Origin: Spirochaetia bacterium
GTDB lineage: Bacteria > Spirochaetota > Spirochaetia > SZUA-6 > Bin103
Assembly (NCBI GenBank): GCA_965208575.1
Contig: CBDBOV010000003.1
Span: 640,001-704,000 of the forward strand
Reading direction: 5' to 3'
Length of the DNA stretch: 64,000 nucleotides
Part shown: piece after piece, positions 30,901 to 40,341 of the stretch
Position numbering within the stretch: position 1 is the first letter of the stretch
Layout: every line of letters begins with the position of its first letter
Position numbers and translations under genes: made by a program
Notes under the pieces: generated by a model
Seen by the model: only the letters and a program-made list of their open reading frames with translations
The model's database searches: none
Told to the model about the DNA's origin: nothing

Positions 30901-32434
30901 GGGTGCATTCCGTCAGTGTGGTAGCGGTCAGGCAGCCTCAAGCTGGATCTGGTTGGATTCTGGGGTGGGCGATGAGGGCAACAGGCTCTCGAAATCGTCC
31001 CAGAAGCGACGGCTCTTCGCCGAAGCGCGGAGCTGAAGCATCTCCTTGGCTCCGTCCAGCGACCAAGTCATCCCACTCTGCTTCATGCGCTTGGCGACGA
31101 CGTTCTTGCAGGCTCCCTCGACTACACCGCTGCCGATCGGCAGACCGCACGATCGATACAGCGGGTAGTCCATGCGGTGCTGGTTGGCCGTGAAGTAGTT
31201 GATCTCGCCCTGGAGGTCGTAGCACTGCTTCTCGCTGTAGCGGCCACTGACGTGCAGTTCCTGCAGTTCCTTGATTACGGCGGCGACGCAGCCCTTGCGC
31301 AGCAGGCTGCGCCAGCGCTTGAAGGATCTCTTGAACTGCTCGCTGCCCTCGCCGTACAACACCTTGCCGATCTTCCCCAAGTGGTCGCAGGCATGCCAGA
31401 AATCGAGGATGTGCCAGACCTTCTGCCCGGGTTCGGACAGCTGGGAGACCCGGTCCCATATCCAATGCGCTCCATCGCCCAGAATCACCAGCACCAGCGC
31501 TGCCAGGTGAGCGCTGCGCCGGCTCATTTCCACCTCGATCCGGGGAAAGAACTCATCAGCATGCTCGATCCCGGTGACACAGGAGGTCTTGGTGCAGTGC
31601 GCTGCACCCTCCCGGTCCACCTTCACCGCTGATACCGTCGCTACCTTGGAGTCCCGAAACACGCGATCGTAACTCTTTTTCCCATCTTCAGTTACCCGCT
31701 CGTTCGCGCGTGTCGCCACCTTCCCCGCGTCGATGCCCACGACCATCGTCCCGGTGATCTCTTCGCGCACCGCCACCGGCTCGTCGGCACGCTCGACAAT
31801 CTCCCGCTGGCGTTGCTCCGCCAACCCGTCAGTAACCGCCCGCACCATCTCGAACGCCTTGTTCATCGACACCAGCTCCCGCCCGTCAGGCCGCAACACC
31901 TCGTGGAATTGCGCCAGACCCTGCTCGTAGGACTGCTCGGCGCACCACCGCGCCATGAAGTACTGGCACCCAGGCGTGTACCCGCCCGCGATACCCAGTT
32001 GCTCTGTCAGCGGCACCCACCCCTTGCCACCGCCACCGAGCGGCGCGTAGTAGGCGCGCACCAAGGTGATCACGCCGAACAGCCCATGCAGCGTCTTCCG
32101 CCGTCTCCCGACAAAGCGGTACCGAACCTCGCCGCGGGTTGCGCGCGCACCGACATACCCATCACCGACTTGCTCACACCAGCGTTGCATCGCTGCACGT
32201 CCCGCAGCCACCAGGCACTTCAGCATACCGAGCTCCGCGGCGAGCAGATCCCGTGGTCCGCTGCACGGGTTCAGGTCAATCCCGCACCGGGTCTTGCAAA
32301 ACCGGAGCAACTCCGTTACCAAGGTCTCACTCATTTTGGTCCCCTCCCAGAGACAGGTCGATGTTTACCACATCACCGAATCTCTGGTCTCTGGGAGGGT
32401 TCCTATTCCGCTACCACAGAGAAAGAATGCACCC
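30901..32434 (-). mobile_element. ISKra4-like insertion sequence
   Basis: 27-bp imperfect inverted repeats GGGTGCATTC..TC..TGTGGTAGCGG. Perfect 9-bp target duplication CATTGACTC at 30892-30900 and 32435-32443. Confidence 0.9.
30928..32334 (-). CDS. ISKra4-like (IS256 superfamily) transposase
   Basis: LGDGAHWIW, ILDFWHACDHL, RMDYP, PIGSGVVEGACK, RMKQSGMTWS. Confidence 0.88.
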   Translation of the reverse strand: MSETLVTELLRFCKTRCGIDLNPCSGPRDLLAAELGMLKCLVAAGRAAMQRWCEQVGDGYVGARATRGEVRYRFVGRRRKTLHGLFGVITLVRAYYAPLGGGGKGWVPLTEQLGIAGGYTPGCQYFMARWCAEQSYEQGLAQFHEVLRPDGRELVSMNKAFEMVRAVTDGLAEQRQREIVERADEPVAVREEITGTMVVGIDAGKVATRANERVTEDGKKSYDRVFRDSKVATVSAVKVDREGAAHCTKTSCVTGIEHADEFFPRIEVEMSRRSAHLAALVLVILGDGAHWIWDRVSQLSEPGQKVWHILDFWHACDHLGKIGKVLYGEGSEQFKRSFKRWRSLLRKGCVAAVIKELQELHVSGRYSEKQCYDLQGEINYFTANQHRMDYPLYRSCGLPIGSGVVEGACKNVVAKRMKQSGMTWSLDGAKEMLQLRASAKSRRFWDDFESLLPSSPTPESNQIQLEAA

Positions 32435-32558
32435 CATTGACTCATCGAAAATCTAACCGTAGCGAAAGCATGCCTCATCTAAAAATCTAACCGAACGGGC
32501 TGGACCTTCCGGGTCCGGTTGGAGCCTCTCCGAGGGACGTGAGGAGGTTCCGGAGGAG

Positions 32559-33833
32559 ATGGGGTTGAAGATGAGTTCAAGGCGAGAGCTCACCGAGCAG
32601 CACGCGCAGCGGTATCGTCGGGCGGGCAAGAAGGAGAAGGGGCGCATACTCGACGAGTTCGTCGAGTCGACCGGGTACCAGCGCAAGTACGCGATCCATC
32701 TGTTGACCTGGTGGGGACGGACCCGCATGGTGCGAGTCGACGGCACACTGGTGAAGCTGGTGGTCGGGCGTCCGCGGCCTGCCCAGCGCCGCGTGCGACC
32801 GCGGCGCTACGACCAGGAGGTGCTGGTCGCTCTGAAGCTGATCTGGTACGTGTTCGACTGCATGTGCGGCAAGCGCCTGGTGGTCGTGCTGCGCACCATG
32901 CTGCCGACGCTGGAGTCGTTCGGCGAGATCGAGCTGACCGCAGCGGTGCGCGGCAAGCTGCAGACCATCAGCGCCGCGACCATCGACCGGCTGCTGCAGC
33001 AGGAGCGCGCACGGCTGCGCCTGAAGGGTCGCACGCACACCAAGCCGGGCACCCTCCTGAAGGATCAGATCGCGATCCGAACCTTCGCTGACTGGGACGA
33101 GCAGGAGCCGGGCTTCTTCGAGATCGACTTGGTGGGCCATGAAGGCGGCAACGCGTCAGGCGACTTCTGCCACACGCTCACCATCACCGACGTTGACACC
33201 GGCTGGGTCGACCTGTACGGCGTGCAGAACAAGGCGCAGCGCTGGACCCACGAGGCGATCGACGCTGCCCGGCAGAGCCTGCCGATCGTGATGCGGGGGA
33301 TCGACACCGACAACGGCAGCGAGTTCATCAATCATCATTTGCTGCGCTATTGCGAAGCGCACGGCATCACGTTCACTCGGGGTCGCCCGCATCGCAAGAA
33401 CGACACCTGCTACGTCGAGCAGAAGAATGGCCACGTGGTGCGACGGGCGGTCGGCCACCTGCGTTACGACACCGACCGGGAACTGGCTGCCCTCAACGCG
33501 ATATACCGCCCGCTGTGCCTGCTGGTGAACTTCTTCTATCCCTCGGTGAAGCTGGTGAAGAAAACCCGCACCGGCAGCAAGGTGCGCCGCATCTATGACG
33601 ACCCGCAGACGCCGTATCACCGCATGCTGGCCTCCGAGTCGGTGAGCGAGAAGGTGAAGAACCGCCTCAAGCAGCAGTACGCGACGTTGAATCCGGTCGC
33701 CCTCAAGCGCGAGCTGACCAGGTTGACCGAGGATCTGCTGCAGCTGAACGTCAGCAAGACCGCCAAGGCCGCACCAAGCACGGTGCAAACACCGAGCGAG
33801 GAGCGTGGTGGCAGCGGTCGCACGGCAAAATGA
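32559..33833 (+). CDS. DDE-type integrase/transposase (rve core)
   Basis: EKGRILDEF, CGKRL, SAATIDRLL, EIDLVGH, DTDNGSEFIN, KNDTCYVEQKN; RBS GGAGG. Confidence 0.88.
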   Translation: MGLKMSSRRELTEQHAQRYRRAGKKEKGRILDEFVESTGYQRKYAIHLLTWWGRTRMVRVDGTLVKLVVGRPRPAQRRVRPRRYDQEVLVALKLIWYVFDCMCGKRLVVVLRTMLPTLESFGEIELTAAVRGKLQTISAATIDRLLQQERARLRLKGRTHTKPGTLLKDQIAIRTFADWDEQEPGFFEIDLVGHEGGNASGDFCHTLTITDVDTGWVDLYGVQNKAQRWTHEAIDAARQSLPIVMRGIDTDNGSEFINHHLLRYCEAHGITFTRGRPHRKNDTCYVEQKNGHVVRRAVGHLRYDTDRELAALNAIYRPLCLLVNFFYPSVKLVKKTRTGSKVRRIYDDPQTPYHRMLASESVSEKVKNRLKQQYATLNPVALKRELTRLTEDLLQLNVSKTAKAAPSTVQTPSEERGGSGRTAK

Positions 33834-33886
33834 CCCTCTCAGGCGGGTCTGACGGTCGATAATCGGAGAATGGGCGGTCAGCGATG

Positions 33887-33957
33887 AGAAAACGTCGCCT
33901 CAGCCGCGCTGTAAGGCCCCTCCACGACACGAGGTGGTGTCTGGATACCCCCGTGTC
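33887..33957. repeat. ~70-bp direct repeat, copy 1
   Basis: GTCGCCTCAGCCGCGCTGTAAGGCC.CTCC.CGACACGAGGTGGTGTCTGGA.A.CCCCGTGTC; also at 35860-35929. Confidence 0.9.
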
Positions 33958-33975
33958 TATGCATAACCATGCAAT

Positions 33976-35649
33976 TCAGTGCAACTTTATCCGCGACCGT
34001 AAGCCGGGTGGCGGAGTCCCGGTGCCGTCCCTGCAGTGCCTCGGCGAGGCGATTGCGGACCGCTGCCAGCCGGCTGCGTACCCGCCTGATGCTCTTTTCC
34101 AGGGCCCGGCGCACCGGTTCACGACCCGTGCGTCGGGCTCCGGCGGCGCAAGGTCATGGCTCGGCAGCGCGTCAAGGTTGAACTGCTCGCGCAGGTACTT
34201 GAAGAAGTTCTCCTGCGACCAGCGCGAGAACATGGCGCCGGCGACCTGCGCCAACGGCATCTGCGGGTGCGTGGTGATCACCGCCACCTGACGACCGTTG
34301 GCCAGACGCCGCCGGATCTGGCGCACCACCAGCCCGTTGCGCAGCATGATCGGCTGCTCGGCCAGATCAACCGCAGTCGTGCTGGTGCCGGCGGGACCAT
34401 GGATCGGTACCTCGAAGGTGTGGAAGTCTTCCGGCAGCCAGTCCGCGCCGTTGAAGTTCTTGTGCCAGGTGATGCAGGCGATGCCACGCCGGGCCAGGCG
34501 CTTGAACAGGTCCGGGCTCCAGCCCTCGCGGTCGAACACCAGGGTCAGCTGCGGGGTACCGGCCGGTGCTCCGGTCAGGTCGGGGGCCGCTTCGGTCACC
34601 ACCCCCAGGTGCTGCAACTGCGGCACCACGTCGTGCTTGATCGCATTCACCGGCTTCGGGTCCAGCGCCTTGTGCAGGCACAGCAGCGGTGCGCCGCCGA
34701 GGGCGTTGATCCAGTAGCTCACCGACGCCGGCAGACACAGCTTCTGGCGTGCGACGAAGTGTTTCGGCAACCGCCCGTTGCGCCCGGTGTACACCTTCAC
34801 GTGGCCATCCACGGCCAGCGTCGTCCAGTCGTCGTCGTGCTCGCTGGCCCAGGTACGCGCCAGTACCGATTGCCAATCGCGCACGGTGTGCTCGGCGCTG
34901 GCCAGCAGCCTGATCTTGCGGCGCAGCGTCTTGGTCTCCGGACAGCGGTCGAGGCCGAGGATGGCGCCCCACTCGCCGGGTGCCTGGTAGCGCAGGCTCT
35001 CGGGGTTGCGCACCCGGGCCAGGGTCATGCAGGCGACGAACAGGAGGATGGTGGTCAGGCCGTAGAATCCGGCCGGCAGGCGGAACAGGCGGTTGGCGGC
35101 GGTGAGCAGGCCCTCGCGCAGCAGCATCGCCAGTGCGGCCAGCACGCCGCCGCCAGCGACCGCGTGGGCGGGCTCGACGAACGCTGGTGTGGCCTCGGTC
35201 AGCAGGCCGGCTCTGGCGAGCGTGCGGCGTTCCACGTCGCGCGCCGCGCGGCCCATGGGCGCGTGCTTGTCGCGGGCGTCGCGGCTGGCGCGCTCAGTGG
35301 CGACCGCCGGGTCGCTGACCGCGGCGGCGGTGCTGACCGGGTGATCAGTGGTGGTGGCCGCCGGCGCAACCTCGGCGCTGGCGGCGGGCTCCCGGGTGGG
35401 ATCTGTGATGACGCCGGCGCGGCGGTTCTCGTTGAAGGTGCTCACCGGGATGCCGAGTTCGCGAGCGCAGGCTGAGCCGCTCATCCCGGAAGCGAGCAGC
35501 TTGGCTGCCTGGTCCGCCATCTCGGCGTCGTCCACGGTGGCCTCCACGGCACCGCGCCGGCTGACTCCGGTCGGGCTACGCCCTCCGTCCGTCAGCGGGG
35601 TACAGCATCTCCTCCGCCCCGTTCGATCCCGACGGCTCCGGTGTCGCAA
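33976..35649 (-). pseudogene. Putative transposase, frameshifted (~34115) and truncated
   Basis: HTH; GGVLAAL..L..EGL; GAILGLDRCPETKTLRRK; VDGHVKVYTG; VFDREGWSP; MFSRWSQENFFKY. The coiled-coil continuation is in another frame (33878-34114). Confidence 0.75.
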
Positions 35650-35859
35650 CCTCGTCGCCTACCCCGTCCCGGCGGTGGGGAATTGTCATGACCCTGCCCC
35701 GGGCAACGCACCTCGGTGCAGTTGTCCGGGGCGCCTCGCTCCGTGCGCTCCGCAGCAACCTGCGCGCCGCTCGCGGCGTGGGCGGCATCACCCGGCTCGG
35801 CAAATGACTTCTGAGCGTCTCTGACGCCCGTATATCCGTGAGCCAGACGGTCGGCGTCA

Positions 35860-35929
35860 AGAAATGTCGCCTCAGCCGCGCTGTAAGGCCTCTCCGCGAC
35901 ACGAGGTGGTGTCTGGACATCCCCGTGTC
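35860..35929. repeat. ~70-bp direct repeat, copy 2
   Basis: Matches 33887-33957 with few mismatches. Confidence 0.9.
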
Positions 35930-36299
35930 ACCAGCACCGAAGTCGCCTCCAGACCCGTCCGCCCCCTCTTCGGTCAGCGACACGACACGGCACCGACCAC
36001 CTCCCTGCCGTTGACGCCTCCTCATCCGCGCCGACCAACCAGATACGCCCCCGGTCGCGTTGGTGTGCTTGAATCAACCCGGCCGGTCGCCCAGCAGCCT
36101 ATCCACTTATCCACAATTTATGAGTCTCCCCCCTCGCGCTCCCCCCTCGTTCTCCGCCTCCCTTTCGGTTAGATTCTTACGTGAGGCACGCTCACCGTAA
36201 GGTTAGATTTTTACGTGAGGCAATAGGGCACGCGAGCCATAGCCATGCGCCATGCGCATGCCCGATGCGGGCGTCGCGGGCGCGCCGGCAGACCGAATG

Positions 36300-36770
36300 C
36301 TATCGCGCCAGTCGCGGGTCGTACTGGAAACGGGAGATGGGCCCCGCCCGGATGGCGCCGAAGTCGGGGTGCTCGGGATTGACGATGTAGTTGGTTTCGC
36401 CGCGGACTACCGCGCTCGGCACCTGCAGCACGGCAGACTGCGTGCATTCGGTCCAGCCGTCGCCGATTTCCCGAGTTACGGGGCAGAGGCTCGGTTGCGC
36501 CCACTCCGGCGGCAACTGATCTTCGCCGATGTGCATCACCAGGTGCTCCAGGATAAACACCGGCATCTTTCGATACGTTCGCAGGACGCTTTCGGCTCTC
36601 AGGTGGACCAGCAACTCCATGCCGGCAAGCGCCAGACTGTCGCCGAGATAGACGACCGCGCGGCCCACGCTGTTCCAGCGCCCGCCGTAACGCCGGGCAC
36701 CCTCGCCCGTCATCATTTGCTCAGCGGTCTGAGCGAACTCCGGCGCAGCCAGGCGCCAGCCGGTGATCAA
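36300..36770 (-). CDS. RES-domain toxin (RES-Xre/MbcT-like)
   Basis: GEGARRYGGRWNSVG.AVVY, ELLVH, VPSAVV, NYIVNPEHPDF, DPRL. Confidence 0.9.
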   Translation of the reverse strand: MITGWRLAAPEFAQTAEQMMTGEGARRYGGRWNSVGRAVVYLGDSLALAGMELLVHLRAESVLRTYRKMPVFILEHLVMHIGEDQLPPEWAQPSLCPVTREIGDGWTECTQSAVLQVPSAVVRGETNYIVNPEHPDFGAIRAGPISRFQYDPRLAR

Positions 36771-37264
36771 CTGAATACGCCATGCCGTAGTCGACCGATG
36801 AGGTGCTCGACGTCGCGGGCTCCCGTTTCCGTTGACGCACGCTGGAGGGGCGTCTCCCGGTCCAGGAGATCATGTGGCGTGCGCAGCCAGCGCCCGGCGG
36901 CACTCGCGTCGCCCCGCATCATGGCCATGGCCATCGCCTCCAGGCGAGCGACGCGTACCAGCCGGTCCGACTCCGCCGGCGTCAACGTGCCGCTCCGCTT
37001 CCTGCGGGCGAGGGTGGTCGCCGGGATGCCGACGATCGCCGCCAGTTGCCCCTGCGATCCGCCGATGGCCTTTGCCAGTTCATCGAACATGGAAAAAGGC
37101 AGACCGCTGCGCACCATCTTGAGCACGCCGCGGCCATGCAGCAGGGCGAACAGGCCGCCGTTCGGCGCGTGGCCCGCGGCGTACTGCGTTGCCGGCTCCG
37201 CGACGCCACGTGGGGGCGACTCGGGAACCTGCCGCCGGGCGGGCATGACGCCGGAACGCGGCAT
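36767..37264 (-). CDS. Xre/MbcA/ParS antitoxin
   Basis: TLARRK..G.LTPAESDRL.RVARL...A.RWL..P...L...PL....T..G...V..LIGRL.HGVFS. Confidence 0.9.
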   Translation of the reverse strand: MPRSGVMPARRQVPESPPRGVAEPATQYAAGHAPNGGLFALLHGRGVLKMVRSGLPFSMFDELAKAIGGSQGQLAAIVGIPATTLARRKRSGTLTPAESDRLVRVARLEAMAMAMMRGDASAAGRWLRTPHDLLDRETPLQRASTETGARDVEHLIGRLRHGVFS

Positions 37265-37321
37265 CGGGACGGTCCTGATATAGTCCTGCCTCGTTCTGGC
37301 CGATGAATCACATCTCGCCGC

Positions 37322-38881
37322 TCAGCGGCGCCTCCAGGTCTCGATCTGCTCACGCAACTCGATCTGGAAGCGGGGCATCGGGGAACGTCCCGCGGCGGCT
37401 TCCTGTCGCGCAACGGTCCGCGCCAACTCCGTCGTGGATCGGTTCAGACGATCGCCGAGTGCTCTCAGCGCAGCCTTCACGCGGTCGCGTTGGCGCACGC
37501 TCCCCGCCAGCAGCCGTTCGATCCCCCGCATCTCGGCACGCAGGTCGGTCGCAGGTATTCCCAGGACCTCGGCGTACTCCGCGGCCTGCGCCTGCAGCGT
37601 GTCCCAAATCCAACCCTCCGGCGGCCCCTCGCCGGGGAGAAACAGGGGCTGCATACTGTGACCGAACCGGGAGGCAATCTCCCCAATCCCGGCTGCCCGA
37701 TGCCGCCCATCGCCGTCGAGTACTACCAGAAAGTCGCGCAGCTTGTTGAATTTGCCCATGGTACGAACGTGGCCCGGAAACTCATCCTGACCAGTGTCCC
37801 GGCCGATCACGAAATCGTCATGGCGCATCCCGATTTGAGGGTTGAGCACGTCGAGAACACCATGAATCACCGCCTCGGCAATCGCGTCTTCACATAATAT
37901 GGAGAGTTGATCGCGTGACTGACCGTAGAGCGCCTTCTGCAGAATGTCGCGGTACGGGAGCACGAGCCGGACCTCGGCCGTGACGTCATCGCGGTCCAGG
38001 AACAACCGAGCCTCTTCCGGCACACTGTCGAGCACTACCGGGCTGTGCGTGGCGACCACGACTTGCAGTTCCCGGCGCAGCGCAAGACGCTGGAGTTCCA
38101 GCATGGTTTGTTGCTGTGTATAGGGATGCAACCCGACTTCCAGTTCGTCGATGAGTACCAACGCTCCCCGGAGCTGTGACAGGTCTTTCGACAGACGCAG
38201 TATGGCGCGTTCCCCGGATGACATGTGGAACTCGGAGTAATTCGACGGCGCACCGGAACGCCCGTCGGCAAACAGCAGGTCTCTTGCGCCGGCGTGGATG
38301 ACCGACAGTTTGCGATAGTGACTCCCGAGAATGCGATCCGCAAAGAGGAGCGAGTCGGGCGTAATCTCGGTAGCTCCGAACTCCTTGCGCGCCAACTGCA
38401 GGATGCCGCGCACCTCGGATGGATTGGTAAGATTCGCCAGGGTGCGCAGGTAGAGCGCCCGTTCCGGCTGACTGGCGTTCGGGCGGCCGAGATAGCTCCG
38501 GTTCCATGACTTGCCCCGCCGCCACGCCATGGCGAAGTGGTCGCCGTGATGCAGATACTCGAACTCCAGTTCGGTCGGTGGCACGAGGTCCGAGAACTCT
38601 CCGGACGAACGGCCCGCGAAGTTGGGAAACAAGACACCGGGACTGTAGTCACGCGGCCGGTCGGGAACGCGGTAGGCGCAGGCGCAGGCGAACAGCACGG
38701 TCGACTTGCCGCACCGATTGGGCCCGGCGAGCACACTGACCGGATAGGAGAACGGCACGCGCAGGTCGCCGATGCCGCGCAGATTCCTGATGCGGACGGC
38801 TTGCAGCACGCTCCGGCGCCGGTTTGCGGCCGCACGGAGCGAACTCCACACTTCCTCCAGTTGGCGCTTGATCAGTGACAC
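37322..38881 (-). CDS. ABC-type (AAA_15/21-like) ATPase with a C-terminal TOPRIM-like domain (OLD-like architecture)
   Basis: Walker A GPNRCGKST, signature MSSGE, Walker B LIDELE, H-loop ATHS, then LCED and LDGD. Start GTG 38881 follows TG-c-TATAGT. Confidence 0.8.
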   Translation of the reverse strand: MSLIKRQLEEVWSSLRAAANRRRSVLQAVRIRNLRGIGDLRVPFSYPVSVLAGPNRCGKSTVLFACACAYRVPDRPRDYSPGVLFPNFAGRSSGEFSDLVPPTELEFEYLHHGDHFAMAWRRGKSWNRSYLGRPNASQPERALYLRTLANLTNPSEVRGILQLARKEFGATEITPDSLLFADRILGSHYRKLSVIHAGARDLLFADGRSGAPSNYSEFHMSSGERAILRLSKDLSQLRGALVLIDELEVGLHPYTQQQTMLELQRLALRRELQVVVATHSPVVLDSVPEEARLFLDRDDVTAEVRLVLPYRDILQKALYGQSRDQLSILCEDAIAEAVIHGVLDVLNPQIGMRHDDFVIGRDTGQDEFPGHVRTMGKFNKLRDFLVVLDGDGRHRAAGIGEIASRFGHSMQPLFLPGEGPPEGWIWDTLQAQAAEYAEVLGIPATDLRAEMRGIERLLAGSVRQRDRVKAALRALGDRLNRSTTELARTVARQEAAAGRSPMPRFQIELREQIETWRRR

Positions 38882-39060
38882 GCCTGCGACTATAGCATGC
38901 ACACGGTATCTGCCGGCGACGGAGCGACCGAGGCCACGATCGTGGCCCGCGCCGAACTGCTCGCAGAACTGAGGCGATTGGTCTCGTCGATGCGGTGGCG
39001 TCGGGGCGGCCACCAGCCGTGTCCTTGAAAATTCTGTGATGATCGCAGATATTTCAAGGA

Positions 39061-40236
39061 ATGGAGGGACGACACGTAGCCCGCGCACGGGTGACCGAGC
39101 GGCTCACCCGTCTGCTCGCGCGGTTCCCGGTGGTTGGTCTGGTCGGTGCCCGCCAAGTAGGCAAGACTACTCTGGCACGACAGATCGCTGCCACCAGCAG
39201 CGGCCCGGTCGCGGTTTTCGACCTGGAGCACCCGGGGGACGTGGCACGCCTGGCTGAACCGATGCTCGCGCTGGAGGGCCTGACCGGCCTCGTGGTGATC
39301 GACGAGGTGCAACGGCGTCCCGACCTGTTCCCGGCGCTGCGCGTGTTGGCCGACCGTCCCGGCGTCCCGTGCCGGTTTCTGGTGCTGGGGAGTGCTTCCC
39401 CGGCGCTGTTGCGCCAGTCCTCGGAGTCGCTCGCCGGTCGCATCGCCTACCTGCAGGTGGGCGGGTTCCTGCTCGACGAGGTGAGTCCGGGTCACGCCGG
39501 AGCGCTCTGGTTGCGGGGCGGGTTTCCGCGCTCTTACCTAGCGCCGTCGGACGCGGCGAGCTTCGAGTGGCGTCAGGAGTTCGTACGCACGTTCCTGGAA
39601 CGCGATCTGCCGCAACTCGGTGTCACCATCGGCGCCACCACGCTGCGGCGATTCTGGACCATGCTGGCGCACAGTCATGGCCAGGTGTGGCGCAGCGCCG
39701 AGCTGGCGCGTTCGTTCGGCGTGGCGGACACCACGGTGCGACGCTATCTCGACCTCCTCACGGGAGCGCTGATCGTGCGTCAACTCCAGCCCTGGTATGA
39801 GAACGTCGGCAAGCGTCAGGTGAAGCGGCCGAAGGTGTACATCGGCGACTCGGGTCTGCTGCATGCGCTCCTCAACCTGCGCGGGCGGGAGGATGTCGAG
39901 TCGCATCCGGTGCTGGGTGCGTCCTGGGAGGGATACGCCGTTGAGCAGCTCATCGGCCACCTGCGCGCGGATCCCGAGGAGTGCTTCTTCTGGGCCACCC
40001 ACTCCGGCCCGGAACTGGACCTGTTGATCGTGCGCGGTCGGCAGCGTCGCGGTTTCGAGATAAAGCGAACCGTCGCGCCCAGAGTAACCAAGTCGATGCA
40101 CTCCGCGCTGCAGGTTCTGCGCCTCGATTCACTGGACGTGGTCCACGCCGGGCAGGCGACGTTCCCTCTGGCCGAGCGAATTCGCGCGGTGAGTGTGACC
40201 GGCCTCCTCGACGAAATCGAGCCGCTGGCACCCTGA
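39061..40236 (+). CDS. ATP-binding protein, AAA_14 + DUF4143
   Basis: GARQVGKTT, IDEVQ, LGSAS, ESLAGR, RGGFP, DSGLLH, ELDL, FEIK. Confidence 0.9.
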   Translation: MEGRHVARARVTERLTRLLARFPVVGLVGARQVGKTTLARQIAATSSGPVAVFDLEHPGDVARLAEPMLALEGLTGLVVIDEVQRRPDLFPALRVLADRPGVPCRFLVLGSASPALLRQSSESLAGRIAYLQVGGFLLDEVSPGHAGALWLRGGFPRSYLAPSDAASFEWRQEFVRTFLERDLPQLGVTIGATTLRRFWTMLAHSHGQVWRSAELARSFGVADTTVRRYLDLLTGALIVRQLQPWYENVGKRQVKRPKVYIGDSGLLHALLNLRGREDVESHPVLGASWEGYAVEQLIGHLRADPEECFFWATHSGPELDLLIVRGRQRRGFEIKRTVAPRVTKSMHSALQVLRLDSLDVVHAGQATFPLAERIRAVSVTGLLDEIEPLAP

Positions 40237-40341
40237 TCGACCTGATTCGGTATACCTGCCCGCGGCGGCAGCCGGTCGCTCACGTGGTAGCTTCAGACCG
40301 TTCCCGGCATCGGTGAACGTTACCGTTCGCATCGCTTTTCT

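Larger units (their letters stand above)
32436..36224 (+). mobile_element. rve/DDE transposon with duplicated terminal binding sites, carrying a nested degenerate element
   Basis: Left TGACTCATCGAAAATCTAACC and TGCCTCATCTAAAAATCTAACC; right (inverted) GGTTAGATTCTTACGTGAGGCA and GGTTAGATTTTTACGTGAGGCA. The spacing is 34 bp at both ends. Confidence 0.75.

Noticed and set aside
1-37264. Integron cassette array explaining the TA density
   Set aside because: No tyrosine integrase, no recurring attC-like RYYYAAC...GTTRRRY sites seen by eye, and gene orientations are mixed.
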